Notes: generated by a model not told the origin, from the sequence alone. Shown: positions 36,722-45,783, counted from the stretch's first letter. The stretch: DNA of 64,000 bases from Candidatus Pacearchaeota archaeon (GCA_018303825.1 JAGVXK010000007.1:10094-74093); one strand, 5' to 3'. Numbers and translations: made by a program.

Positions 36722-37483
36722 GGTATACTTTAGAAACATTTAAATACTTATCATACTATGTGCTTCCTAGCCGACAACGCATCTTGCTACGCTGCCGACA
36801 GGAATGAAAATGGCAACGGCTATGCTAGAAGAAAAGGTTGAACAGATTGAAAGGAGTTCTCAAGAGGGTTTCCCGGATTCTAGAGATCCCGATTATCGGG
36901 TTCTTTTGAAATTAAGGCAATTAAATGAGAGGGCTTATGATGCAGAAGTGCCTAAATTGGAGGAAATTCCTTTGCTTTCTAACCCTGAAAAACATCTAAA
37001 AGAAGACCACCTTAAACTATTGAGGGCGGAAGGTAGAACTGAAGAGGATATAAGGATAATTGCTATTGTTGAGGTTATGAGTCCATTATTAACGCGAACT
37101 ATTGATAAATGTTATGGTCCAAAACGTGAATTTTTGAAGGATTACAATACTAAACAGTTAAATTGGATAGGTTCCGCAATATATTTAGAATCTGAGAGAG
37201 CAGGCAAGTCTGTTGATATACCTGTAGTGATGGATAAATATCTTCGTAGGGGAACACCCATAAAGTTTAGAGCATATTATTGTTTGAAGAATCCTGAGAA
37301 AGTTGAAAGGATACCTAATCCAGATTCTGGGATAGTTCATCCTAAAGCTCATCGTATGATTGAACTTGTTAGACCAGTGATTTTTGCTCCAGCATACTGA
37401 TTTTTCTGTTATAACTTGGTATATTCTAAGTTTCTTAAAGTATACTTTTGTATAAAAACATTTAAATAATAGGTATACTTTAG
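36722..37483. promoter_or_regulatory. Repeated GTATACTTT operator-like boxes at two adjacent promoters
   Basis: GGTATACTTTAG at 36722-36733 and 37472-37483; palindrome AAAGTATACTTT at 37437-37448; each flanks ACATTTAAATA. Confidence 0.55.
36804..37400 (+). CDS. Orphan hypothetical protein
   Basis: 198-aa ORF with own TATA box (36739-36746); no family recognised. Confidence 0.7.
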   Translation: MKMATAMLEEKVEQIERSSQEGFPDSRDPDYRVLLKLRQLNERAYDAEVPKLEEIPLLSNPEKHLKEDHLKLLRAEGRTEEDIRIIAIVEVMSPLLTRTIDKCYGPKREFLKDYNTKQLNWIGSAIYLESERAGKSVDIPVVMDKYLRRGTPIKFRAYYCLKNPEKVERIPNPDSGIVHPKAHRMIELVRPVIFAPAY

Positions 37484-37547
37484 TATTCTACTAAAAAAGA
37501 AGAAAAAAGAAGGATAAATAATAATGAGACATGTTTTAACATCATGC

Positions 37548-37588
37548 TTTTTCGGCGGGATGCCAGAAATGGAACGTCCCCGGGAAAA
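37548..37588 (+). ncRNA. Candidate structured RNA hairpin with GAAA tetraloop (overlaps a 30-codon ORF 37524-37616)
   Basis: TTTTCGG-CG-GGATG-CCA-GAAA-TGG-AA-CGTCC-CCGGGAA; GC-rich island ~60 nt after the predicted TSS. Confidence 0.35.
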
Positions 37589-37717
37589 AAAGGGATTTTG
37601 GGCTTCTAGTGGTTAATAATTAGAATAATTTCGGACTATTAGAAGCTCTTTTTATTTTATGTCTTTTCTGCTTTATAGGACAATTAATTTTAAATACTTT
37701 AATTAATAACTTAACTG

Positions 37718-38038
37718 ATGGGTTTGTTTCCGGGCAGAGTCAATCATTACACTTCAATTGATGAGCAAAATAAAAGAGAACAGGCAGCAAGATTATTTTT
37801 TTCTTCAGGCGATATGTATCAAGAACAGGCAAAGGCAGCTCTGAAGTTAAAGGCTAAAGATGCAAGGGTTTATCTTACTCACGTTGAACAGGCGGAAAAG
37901 CTGCTTGCCAATGGAAAATTTAATAATTTTGTGGATTCCTGCTCTTTATATGATGATAATACTGTGAACCATAAGGCTATGCTGGGCATCTGGTTTGACA
38001 GGCGTGCCATGCAGAATCAAAGAACTGCAGTTAGATAA
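37718..38038 (+). CDS. Orphan hypothetical protein
   Basis: 106 aa; TATA box TTTAAATA at 37689-37696, 22 nt before the ATG. Confidence 0.65.
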   Translation: MGLFPGRVNHYTSIDEQNKREQAARLFFSSGDMYQEQAKAALKLKAKDARVYLTHVEQAEKLLANGKFNNFVDSCSLYDDNTVNHKAMLGIWFDRRAMQNQRTAVR

Positions 38039-38068
38039 ATTTTTATATTGATTTTTTCTTTCAATGTA

Positions 38069-38932
38069 ATGAAGATTCTTGTTATTGGAGACTTTCATGG
38101 GAAACTACATAAGAAGATTAAGAAACTAATCAAGAAGGAAAAGCCAGAGGTGATATTATCAATAGGAGATTACCTGCCCTTTCATTATAGAAAGTTGTGG
38201 TTTAAGCATTCTTTTGGAACAGATATAGAACTTTGGCAGGTTATTGGAAAAAAGAGATATAAGAAGATTATTTTAAGGGATTTGGATGAAGGGGAGAAAG
38301 TGCTGAAGGAACTAAACAAGTTCAACATCCCGGTTTTCACTGTTCTTGGAAATGTAGATTATCCAGATTCTAGTGATGTAATGGATGAAGAACTGCCTAA
38401 GAATTTTTGGAAATGGGAATATTCGAGGAAGGCCCAGTTCGCCAACAGATTGAGGAAGTACAAGAACATAAGAAGAATTGACTACACTTTTGCTAAATTC
38501 AGGGATTTTGTCTTTATTGGAGCAAGAGGGCATAGTTTTCCAGGAAGACCAGGAAGCAAAGCATTCAAAAAGCACAAGAAGATACTGGAAAAATTGTTCA
38601 AAAAGTTCAAAAAGGAAAACAAAAGTAAGAAAGTTATATTTATCTCACATAATGTACCTTTCAGAACAAAATTGGACATTATTACTGACAGGAAAGCAAA
38701 CAAATTAGTAAGAAGCAAACATGCAGGCTCTAAACTTATAAGGAAAATCATTGATAAGTATCATCCTATCTTGCATTTAGCAGGGCATGTCCATGAGGGA
38801 AGGGGTTTTCAGAAATTAGGAAGAACATTATGCATAAATTGCGGTGATGCCTGCAAGGGACAGTATGCTTTAATTGATATTAAAGAAGGGGACAGTGGAA
38901 AGATGCACGTTAGATTGAAGATGGGGAAATAA
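38069..38932 (+). CDS. Calcineurin-like metallophosphoesterase (start likely ATG 38069)
   Basis: GDFHG, SIGD, LGNVD, ISHNVP, GHVHE motifs. Confidence 0.92.
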   Translation: MKILVIGDFHGKLHKKIKKLIKKEKPEVILSIGDYLPFHYRKLWFKHSFGTDIELWQVIGKKRYKKIILRDLDEGEKVLKELNKFNIPVFTVLGNVDYPDSSDVMDEELPKNFWKWEYSRKAQFANRLRKYKNIRRIDYTFAKFRDFVFIGARGHSFPGRPGSKAFKKHKKILEKLFKKFKKENKSKKVIFISHNVPFRTKLDIITDRKANKLVRSKHAGSKLIRKIIDKYHPILHLAGHVHEGRGFQKLGRTLCINCGDACKGQYALIDIKEGDSGKMHVRLKMGK

Positions 38933-38956
38933 GTTTAAATAATTGTTTTAACCTGT

Positions 38957-39808
38957 TTGAGTATGAAAAAGGAGAGTTTTGGGATAGTTCAAATAGTACT
39001 TGCTGAATTTTTTATTGCTGTTGTGTATATTATGGCAAGGGTCGGAAGAGATTTTGGGAATTATAACCTTGCTTTTTTCAGAATATTTTTAGCCGCATTT
39101 TTTGTTGGTTTGTTGTTTTTTGTTTCAAGGAAGTATCATCTTGCGCCGTTGAGATATCAGATAGGCAAGCTGATTTTCTTTGGTGCAATTCATGGTTTCA
39201 TAATCATTGCAGCATTCATTTCTTTGAATACTATCTCAATTGCTTCTTCTGTTTTGTTGCAATCAACAATAGCATTGTTTACTGCCATTTTTTCAATTTT
39301 TTTGCTTAAGGAAAGGCTGACAATTAGGGTTTTAATCGCAATAGTTATTTCTTTTGTTGGAATGTTCTTTTTATTCACTCCCCAAACTTTTTTTCTCAGA
39401 GAAAATATGATAGGTGGTGCTACCGGATTATTTGTTGGTGTTTTTGGCGGTTTGGTTTATGCAATGTCCAAGACTTTTAAGAAATACGACAAAATATCTT
39501 TAACATTCTGGCAAAATTTAATTGCATTACCCTTTATCTTACCTTTATTGTTTTTAGAGCCGATAGTATTTAGCCTGAATAATTCAGTTTTGGTAGTTTT
39601 TATGGGGGTTTTTGCAGCATTATCTTTTATATTTTTATATAAAGGATTGGGCAAGGTAAAGGGAACTAAAGCATCTGTTTTGACTTTATTATATGCAGTA
39701 TTCTCAATATTGATTGCTGCCGTTTTATTTAAGGAATTGCCAATGTTGAAAGAAGTTATCGGAGGAGTTTTGATTCTTTTTGCAGCATATCTTTCAACTT
39801 CTCAATAA
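38957..39808 (+). CDS. EamA/DMT family transporter
   Basis: 10 TM helices, LAFFRI, LKERLT, LFKE.P. Confidence 0.9.
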   Translation: MSMKKESFGIVQIVLAEFFIAVVYIMARVGRDFGNYNLAFFRIFLAAFFVGLLFFVSRKYHLAPLRYQIGKLIFFGAIHGFIIIAAFISLNTISIASSVLLQSTIALFTAIFSIFLLKERLTIRVLIAIVISFVGMFFLFTPQTFFLRENMIGGATGLFVGVFGGLVYAMSKTFKKYDKISLTFWQNLIALPFILPLLFLEPIVFSLNNSVLVVFMGVFAALSFIFLYKGLGKVKGTKASVLTLLYAVFSILIAAVLFKELPMLKEVIGGVLILFAAYLSTSQ

Positions 39809-39829
39809 CTTTATAAATATCATAGGATA

Positions 39830-40075
39830 ATGCTTGTTATGGATGAAAAGGAAAGGGAGAAGATAAGGCTTGAGGCAAAGGAAATTCTTGAGAAATTTGC
39901 AAAGACCCTTGAAAATGTCAAATTAAAGGAAAAAAAGGCAAAGAAAGAAGTTGGAGGATTTAGAGAAGAAGGGCAAGGAGAACATGGAGATAAAGATTTC
40001 AGAAAGAGGATGTTTGCAAATGCTCCTAATAAGAATGAAGACAATATAATTGCGGAGAAAAAGAGCTGGAATTAA
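39830..40075 (+). CDS. gatC: Asp/Glu-tRNA amidotransferase subunit C
   Basis: 81 aa, GFREEG..MFANAPNK..I GatC-like C-terminus; gatA and gatB nearby. Confidence 0.75.
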   Translation: MLVMDEKEREKIRLEAKEILEKFAKTLENVKLKEKKAKKEVGGFREEGQGEHGDKDFRKRMFANAPNKNEDNIIAEKKSWN

Positions 40076-40392
40076 GCTTCAATTTTAGCTAGTTTATGAT
40101 TATCCAATGCTCTTGCAATTAATACACTTTCTAATTCCAATAGTTTTGCCACTATCGGATTTTTTGCATTTAATGTGTAGAGCTTTGTATTTCCGAACTT
40201 TCTTGTTACAACAGCAATTCCTTGTTTTTCTATTTGTTCCCAATGGTTGAATAATGATGCTCTTGAAATTCCTGCTCCTTCAATTATCTCTTTTTTGCTC
40301 ATATCAAGTCCTTTATTTTCTATCAGAAAATCTACAATTTTGAAGATAGGATTTTCTCCTAAAAATTTTGTTATTAATGATTTTTCTTGCAT
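40072..40392 (-). CDS. Winged-helix DNA-binding protein
   Basis: KIVDFLIE..DMSKKEIIEGAGISRASL..TRKFGNTKLYTLN. Confidence 0.82.
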   Translation of the reverse strand: MQEKSLITKFLGENPIFKIVDFLIENKGLDMSKKEIIEGAGISRASLFNHWEQIEKQGIAVVTRKFGNTKLYTLNAKNPIVAKLLELESVLIARALDNHKLAKIEA

Positions 40393-40472
40393 AAATAGTA
40401 TTAAATAGAAAAGTATATAAACTTAACTGTTTAAAGTATATCTAAATAGACTTGTTAAATAGTCATGAATGT

Positions 40473-40742
40473 AAAATGTGGAGTGATGAAGAAATAAAAG
40501 GGAAAATTCTGCACAAGCTGACTCGTTTGGGGAAATTTAGCCATAGCCACACATCTTTTGATAATCTACAGAAAGGATTCCCAATGGAAATCAGAGGAAG
40601 GGTTAAAGAGATGGCAAAAGAATTGAAGAAAGGGGGAATTTTATTCAGCAAGCCAACAAGTTATGGAGAAGAGGTTTCAATTAATCCAGAGCGAAAAGAT
40701 AAAATTATGTTTTATATTAATAAGTTTTTGAGCATGGAATAA
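40473..40742 (+). CDS. Small hypothetical protein (possible winged helix), divergent from the HTH gene; start likely ATG 40473 or 40476 region
   Basis: KILHKL..HSHT...L.KGFP..KEL.K.GIL..KPTSYG.EVSINP; exact start uncertain (ORF track gives TTG 40452). Confidence 0.6.
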   Translation, partial: KMWSDEEIKGKILHKLTRLGKFSHSHTSFDNLQKGFPMEIRGRVKEMAKELKKGGILFSKPTSYGEEVSINPERKDKIMFYINKFLSME

Positions 40743-40959
40743 ATGAAGTAGATTAGTTAGTATCTCCGAATGAGATTTAGTCACTAATTAATGGAAAGAT
40801 ATATTTGACAAAAAATTCATATATTCTAACGATTTTTATTATCATTATTATCTTAGCAAGAACCTTTTAACTTCTATTTATTTCCCGTTAATCATAATTT
40901 CCGGTCTATCGGAGATTCAATATCAAAACGCTTATAAACTGAGATTATTTTTTGGTTTT

Positions 40960-41490
40960 ATGATAAAGTCAAAGAAAAAAGAAGTCAAGAAAGTAAAAAA
41001 AGCGAAGAAGGCAGAGACAAAAGAAGAGAAAGACGAGCATGCTGGAGGGATTAGTTTAGATGATGCCTTTGCTGATTCCGATGATGTTGAATATGGGAAG
41101 TCGAAGTCAAGAAAGGAGAAGCAAAAGAAGGCAAGCGATGAAGAGATAGAGGAGGAATTGGAAGAAGCTGAAAAGGAGATAGAGGAAATTGCTAGGGCGG
41201 AAAGCGGAAACGCTGTCCAAAAGGAGATTAGCATAAAGGCAAGCAAGCCAATTGCAAAAGTAAAGAAAGGTGACAAAATAAGGGTTGATGGGAAAGAATA
41301 TGAGGTTGACCAGCATTATGTTCTTATAGATCATGGGATGACAAAAGAGATGGCGATTGAATTATTTGACAAGAACGATAAAGACTATCAATTGAGATAT
41401 TTTTCTGATCAGGTTGAAACGACAATGGAATTCTATGAATTGCAGGAAATTCTCTTTGTAAAAAAGGTAGTGGGCAAGGTTGAGTGGTAA
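40960..41490 (+). CDS. Hypothetical protein with charged low-complexity N-terminus and beta-rich C-terminal domain
   Basis: 176-aa ORF; KVKKGDKIRVDGKEYEVD..LIDHG..EMAIEL. Confidence 0.75.
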   Translation: MIKSKKKEVKKVKKAKKAETKEEKDEHAGGISLDDAFADSDDVEYGKSKSRKEKQKKASDEEIEEELEEAEKEIEEIARAESGNAVQKEISIKASKPIAKVKKGDKIRVDGKEYEVDQHYVLIDHGMTKEMAIELFDKNDKDYQLRYFSDQVETTMEFYELQEILFVKKVVGKVEW

Positions 41491-41677
41491 GAACCAAAGT
41501 TCTTACAATTTCCTATACAAATCCTGTAAAAGTAAAAAAGAAAAGCAAGGTCTTACAATCTATAAGGATAAAACTCTAAATAGGGAAGAACTAATATTCT
41601 CTTTGGAAGAGAAGAATTTAAAGATAATTATGGGTGGTCCATATAATGGTGTAAAGATTTAAAATCTTATTCTTATA

Positions 41678-41866
41678 ATGTATTTTGTGAAAGCGGTTGC
41701 TAAATGCCCGATATGTAAAAGAGAGCTGACAACTGATTGCAAAGGTTGTATTGACTTAAATGAAGCACCCCATATGTGCAATGGAAGGGCTAGAACTGTA
41801 AAGGTGCAATGGTATATAATTGATTCAAGAGAAAAAGGAGATAAGTGGGGAAGTTATGAATATTAA
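41678..41866 (+). CDS. Small Cys-rich putative zinc-binding protein
   Basis: CPIC..CKGC..H.C in 62 aa; TATA-like element upstream. Confidence 0.6.
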   Translation: MYFVKAVAKCPICKRELTTDCKGCIDLNEAPHMCNGRARTVKVQWYIIDSREKGDKWGSYEY

Positions 41867-41920
41867 ATTCTGGACAGAATAGATAGTCCATAAAATACAG
41901 AATAGATAGGTTTATAAATA

Positions 41921-41967
41921 TGTATAAATAATTATACAGATGTATAAAATAAAGGATAATTGTATAA
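41921..41967. promoter_or_regulatory. Putative operator array of the MNT-HEPN operon
   Basis: TGTATAA at 41921, 41941 and 41961 (20-bp period); the first forms the palindrome TGTATAA-ATAA-TTATACA. Confidence 0.55.
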
Positions 41968-41971
41968 TAAA

Positions 41972-42508
41972 ATGAACAGTTTAAACTTTGAAGATGGTAA
42001 AGCTGGAAGAGTTTTGAAATTGATTTTCGAAAAGCCGACTTATAAGTTTCATATAAGAGAGATGGCCAGATTAACAAAATTAAATCCGAATACCGTAATA
42101 GACACAATAAAAAAGCTGTCTAAGGAGGGATTAATAAAAACTAAAAAGAAAAAACACATTGTCGAGCTATTTGCTAATGTGGAAGGCAAAGAGTTTAGCC
42201 AGAAGAAAAGAATTTTTAATGTAAACGAGATTTATAACTCTGGAATTGTTGACTTCATTATTGAAAAATTAAAGCCCGAGCTCATCTCAGTTATTGGGAG
42301 TTATTCTAGGGGAGAGGATATTGAGAGAAGCGATATAGACATAGTAGTTGTGTCAAAAGAAAGGAATAGGGCAGATTTAACTAACTTTGAGAAATTGTTA
42401 GATAGGAAGATTCATCTTTTAGTCATAGATTATGAAAAGATATCTAATGAGTTCTACACAAATCTTATTAATGGCATTGTTTTGTATGGCTTTGTGAGGA
42501 AAAGATGA
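41972..42508 (+). CDS. HTH-fused minimal nucleotidyltransferase (MNT antitoxin-like); start likely ATG 41972
   Basis: FHIREMARLTKLNPNTV HTH; GSYSRGED...SDIDIVVV (GSx10DxD). Confidence 0.9.
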   Translation: MNSLNFEDGKAGRVLKLIFEKPTYKFHIREMARLTKLNPNTVIDTIKKLSKEGLIKTKKKKHIVELFANVEGKEFSQKKRIFNVNEIYNSGIVDFIIEKLKPELISVIGSYSRGEDIERSDIDIVVVSKERNRADLTNFEKLLDRKIHLLVIDYEKISNEFYTNLINGIVLYGFVRKR

Positions 42509-42930
42509 AAGATTTTGAGTATTTTGTTAAAATTGGTGACGTAAAGAAAAGCTCTGTCAACAAGGATTTGGCTGTTTTCTTAATTAAAGATATGCAGTCC
42601 AGGATAAGAGATGCCTTTAAAATGTCCTCCAACGAATTTCCGAAAATCGTTTTTGAGAATATTTATGATGCCCTGAGAGATTTCTGTGATGCTTTGTTAG
42701 CATTAGAAGGCTATAAATCTTATTCGCACGAGGCCTCTATTTCTTATTTGATTAAAAAAGGATTTGATATTTCTTTCGTTATGCAATTAGATAACTTTAG
42801 ATATAAACGAAATGGTTCAAAGTATTATGGCGAGGTTATTAACCATGCAGAGGCAGAAGAAATAAGGTCTTTTTATCAAACAAATAAAGGGAGAATATAT
42901 AAATTATTAGAAGAGGAGGGTTTAATATGA
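42505..42930 (+). CDS. HEPN-domain protein (toxin-like)
   Basis: Helical domain YDALR..ALL..EGYKSYSHEA..FRYKRNGSKYYG; coupled to MNT. Confidence 0.8.
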   Translation: MKDFEYFVKIGDVKKSSVNKDLAVFLIKDMQSRIRDAFKMSSNEFPKIVFENIYDALRDFCDALLALEGYKSYSHEASISYLIKKGFDISFVMQLDNFRYKRNGSKYYGEVINHAEAEEIRSFYQTNKGRIYKLLEEEGLI

Positions 42931-44258
42931 GCGGATTAGCAGAGAAGAAAACAAAAGAATATCTTGATAAAATAAACAAAGTCAACAAGGAATTGAATAT
43001 TTTCTTGCATATAAATGAAAACGCTCTTCTTGAAGCGAGGAAGGTAGATGAAAAAGTTGCAAGAACAGGAAAGAAAGGTAGATTATATGGAAAAGTAATT
43101 GCAGTTAAATCAGCTATTAATGTTCTCGGACTGATAGCAAATTGTGCTTCTCTTGTTTTGGAAAATTATGTCTCTACGTTTGATGCAACTGTTATTAAAA
43201 AGATAAAAGAAGGGGATGGAGTTATAATTGGAATGACTAACTGTGATGAGTTTTGTGCTGGAGGAAGCGGGGAAAATTCTGTTTTTGGTTGTGCTGTTAA
43301 TCCTTCCTGTCCTGGAAGAATTCCGGGAGGGAGCAGTTCAGGAAGTGCTGCTGCAGTGGCAGCAGGATTGTGTGATATGGCTCTTGGTTCGGATACTGGA
43401 GGAAGCATTAGAAATCCAAGTTCTAATTGCGGAGTTGTAGGAGTAAAGCCAAGTTATGGTCTGGTTTCAAGATATGGATTGATTGACTTGTCTATGAGTT
43501 TAGACCAGATAGGTCCAATTGCTGGAAATGTGGAAGATGCTGCTTTGCTTTTAGATGTAATAAAAGGAAAGGATGAAAGAGATACAAAGACTTTTGCAGG
43601 AAAGGAAATAAGGTTGGAAAATCTAAAAGACAAGAAAGTCAAGATAGGGGTTTTGAAGATAAAAGGCGTTGATAAGAGAATTCAAACTCTGATAGACAAA
43701 AAGGTTGCAGAGGTTGTTAAAAGATACAAGTGGAAAATGGAAGAGGTTTCAATAAAACACATTGACCTTGCTGTGCAAACATATTATCCTCTTGTTTATG
43801 TGGAATTCTTTTCTGCAACAAGAAGATTTGATGGAAGAAGGTATGGATATAAGATAGAGGAAAAATGCGGAGAGGAAGTTTTAAGAAGAATTCTTGGGGG
43901 AAGTGAGATAACAAAGGCGGAATTTGAAGGGAGATATTATAACAAGGCTTTGGAAGTCAAGGAAATAATAAAAGAAGAGCTTGAAAAAGCATTCGAAGAG
44001 TATGATTGTATCATAAGTCCGGTTGTTCCAAGCTTGCCTTGGAAAGTCGGCGAGGGAGATAAGATGAAACCTGAGGAAATGTATGCCTTTGATGCCTTAA
44101 CAATCCCTGCTAATCTTGCTGAAATATGCGCTATTTCAATTCCAGCTGGAAAGGTAAAAGAAGAAAAAGAAGGAATTCCTATAGGGCTGCAGATAATGGC
44201 AGGAAAGAATGAAGAAAGCATGATGCTTAGTATTGCGAGAGAAATTGAGAAAATTTAA
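42927..44258 (+). CDS. gatA: Asp/Glu-tRNA amidotransferase subunit A
   Basis: Amidase signature GGSSSGSAAAVAAG, GSDTGGSIR.P, SRYGL, RFDG.RYG. Confidence 0.96.
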   Translation: MSGLAEKKTKEYLDKINKVNKELNIFLHINENALLEARKVDEKVARTGKKGRLYGKVIAVKSAINVLGLIANCASLVLENYVSTFDATVIKKIKEGDGVIIGMTNCDEFCAGGSGENSVFGCAVNPSCPGRIPGGSSSGSAAAVAAGLCDMALGSDTGGSIRNPSSNCGVVGVKPSYGLVSRYGLIDLSMSLDQIGPIAGNVEDAALLLDVIKGKDERDTKTFAGKEIRLENLKDKKVKIGVLKIKGVDKRIQTLIDKKVAEVVKRYKWKMEEVSIKHIDLAVQTYYPLVYVEFFSATRRFDGRRYGYKIEEKCGEEVLRRILGGSEITKAEFEGRYYNKALEVKEIIKEELEKAFEEYDCIISPVVPSLPWKVGEGDKMKPEEMYAFDALTIPANLAEICAISIPAGKVKEEKEGIPIGLQIMAGKNEESMMLSIAREIEKI

Positions 44259-44287
44259 TGTTAATATAATTAATAGGGAGATTGATA

Positions 44288-44538
44288 ATGGATAATAGGA
44301 AAGATAAAATAATTGACGAAGATACTAATGGGCAATCAATTTGGAGCAAAGGAGATTATAAAAACCCTTAAATGTAAATTCTCGGGATTTTCAGGAAAGA
44401 ATAAAATATTTCGAAGAAAAAAATGATGATAAAAAAGAATTTAATTGCAAGAAATGCAATAAATCCATAGGAAAGCATAACTTATATTGGTATGATGGGA
44501 TGTGCAATGATTGTTTTTTTGATACTTACAATATGTAA
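44288..44538 (+). pseudogene. Frameshifted ~83-aa zinc-finger protein (one A missing from the run at 44360-44364)
   Basis: GGGAG then ATG 44288 MDNRK..KGDYK; the adjacent frame continues KPLNVNSRDFQERIKYFEE..CKKC..GKHN.YW.DGMCNDCF..stop 44536-44538. Confidence 0.7.
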
Positions 44539-44549
44539 AAATTATTTAA

Positions 44550-44759
44550 TTATTTCTTTTCTTCTTGCTTTAAGTCTAATTTGACTCCAAGTTCTTCAAG
44601 GGCTTTTACATGTGCTGCTATCAATGATTCTGTAACTGTAACTATTCTGATAAGCTCATTTCTTTCCGCTGTAAGCGTGTTAATAGCACCTTTATGATAT
44701 CCTATCTGCTCTTCTCTTGACATGTTTGTTTGATTTGCTTGTTCTTTTTTGGCCGCCAT
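44550..44759 (-). CDS. Small conserved-looking coiled-coil protein
   Basis: EQIGYHKGAINTL..ERNEL..H.KALEELG; GGAG upstream of ATG. Confidence 0.75.
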   Translation of the reverse strand: MAAKKEQANQTNMSREEQIGYHKGAINTLTAERNELIRIVTVTESLIAAHVKALEELGVKLDLKQEEKK

Positions 44760-45098
44760 ATCTCCTACTGGAAGTTGAGGTATTTAAATTTATATGAATT
44801 TATCGATACTTATTAATTATCAGTAATGATAAATTTACTATTCTCTATTTGATGTATTTTTTAGGTTCTGTTAAATTAAAAGGTGATAAAACCCAAAATA
44901 CCGACTACAAACTATGAAAGTTCGCTTAAATTAATATCATAAAGTACCGATGATAAAATTGGTCATCACTCGTTGGCTTAACAAAACCATTTTTTATCTT
45001 CATTCAACACCGTATTAATTAGAGTATAAGAGAGCTATCATCATTAAGTTTATAACTTCTCTTTGTTTTTCATAAAAAAGAAAAGGTGCATAAATGAA

Positions 45099-45782
45099 AT
45101 GGAAATAGGAAACATAAAAATTGACTTTTTAGGACATTCTGGATTTTTAGTTACAATAGTTAATGGAGTAAATAAAAAGATATTTATTGATCCTTACAAT
45201 TTAAGCGAGAATGCTGTGAAAGAAAAAGCAGATATCATACTTATTACACATAGTCATTATGATCATTGCTCTATAAAGGATATTGAAAGGATTAAGAAGG
45301 AAAAAACGAAAATAATCTGCCCTGCAGATGTGCAAAGCAAGATAACCAGAATAGAAAATGTGGATATGCAGGTGATGGAGCAAGGGGGTGAGATAGAGTT
45401 TGGGAACATTAGAATACAAGCGATGCCTGCTTATAATATAAATAAAGATTTTCATACTAAAAAAGACCACTTTCTTGGTTATTTAATAAAGATTAGTGAA
45501 ATAATCCTTTATCATAGCGGAGATAGTGATAAAATTCCAGAAATGGAAAAATTAACAGGATATAGCAAACAGGGAAATAAATTGATTGTAATGCTTCCTG
45601 TTTCGGGGATATATGTCATGGATGCAAACGAGGCTGCTGAAACTGCTAAAATGATTGGCGCAGATACTGCAATACCTATGCACTATGGCGCAGGTGTAGC
45701 CGGAACAATAGAAGATGCGAAGAAATTTGTTGAAGTCTGCCAGCAGTTAGGGATTAAGGCAGTAATTTTGGAGAAAATCTAG
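45099..45782 (+). CDS. MBL-fold metallo-hydrolase (UlaG-like); start likely ATG 45099
   Basis: FLGHSGF, IDPY, THSHYDH, YHSGD, IPMHYG; AGGTG upstream of the start. Confidence 0.92.
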   Translation: MEIGNIKIDFLGHSGFLVTIVNGVNKKIFIDPYNLSENAVKEKADIILITHSHYDHCSIKDIERIKKEKTKIICPADVQSKITRIENVDMQVMEQGGEIEFGNIRIQAMPAYNINKDFHTKKDHFLGYLIKISEIILYHSGDSDKIPEMEKLTGYSKQGNKLIVMLPVSGIYVMDANEAAETAKMIGADTAIPMHYGAGVAGTIEDAKKFVEVCQQLGIKAVILEKI

Positions 45783-45783
45783 A

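Noticed and set aside
41480-41662. 60-aa ORF after the 40960 gene
   Set aside because: GTG start inside the upstream gene, no motifs, and it overlaps the promoter of the Cys-rich gene.
44760-45060. 300-bp gap with TACCGA repeats and a GATGA/TCATC stem
   Set aside because: No ORF of convincing length; the stem is only 5 bp, and the gap is compatible with divergent promoters.
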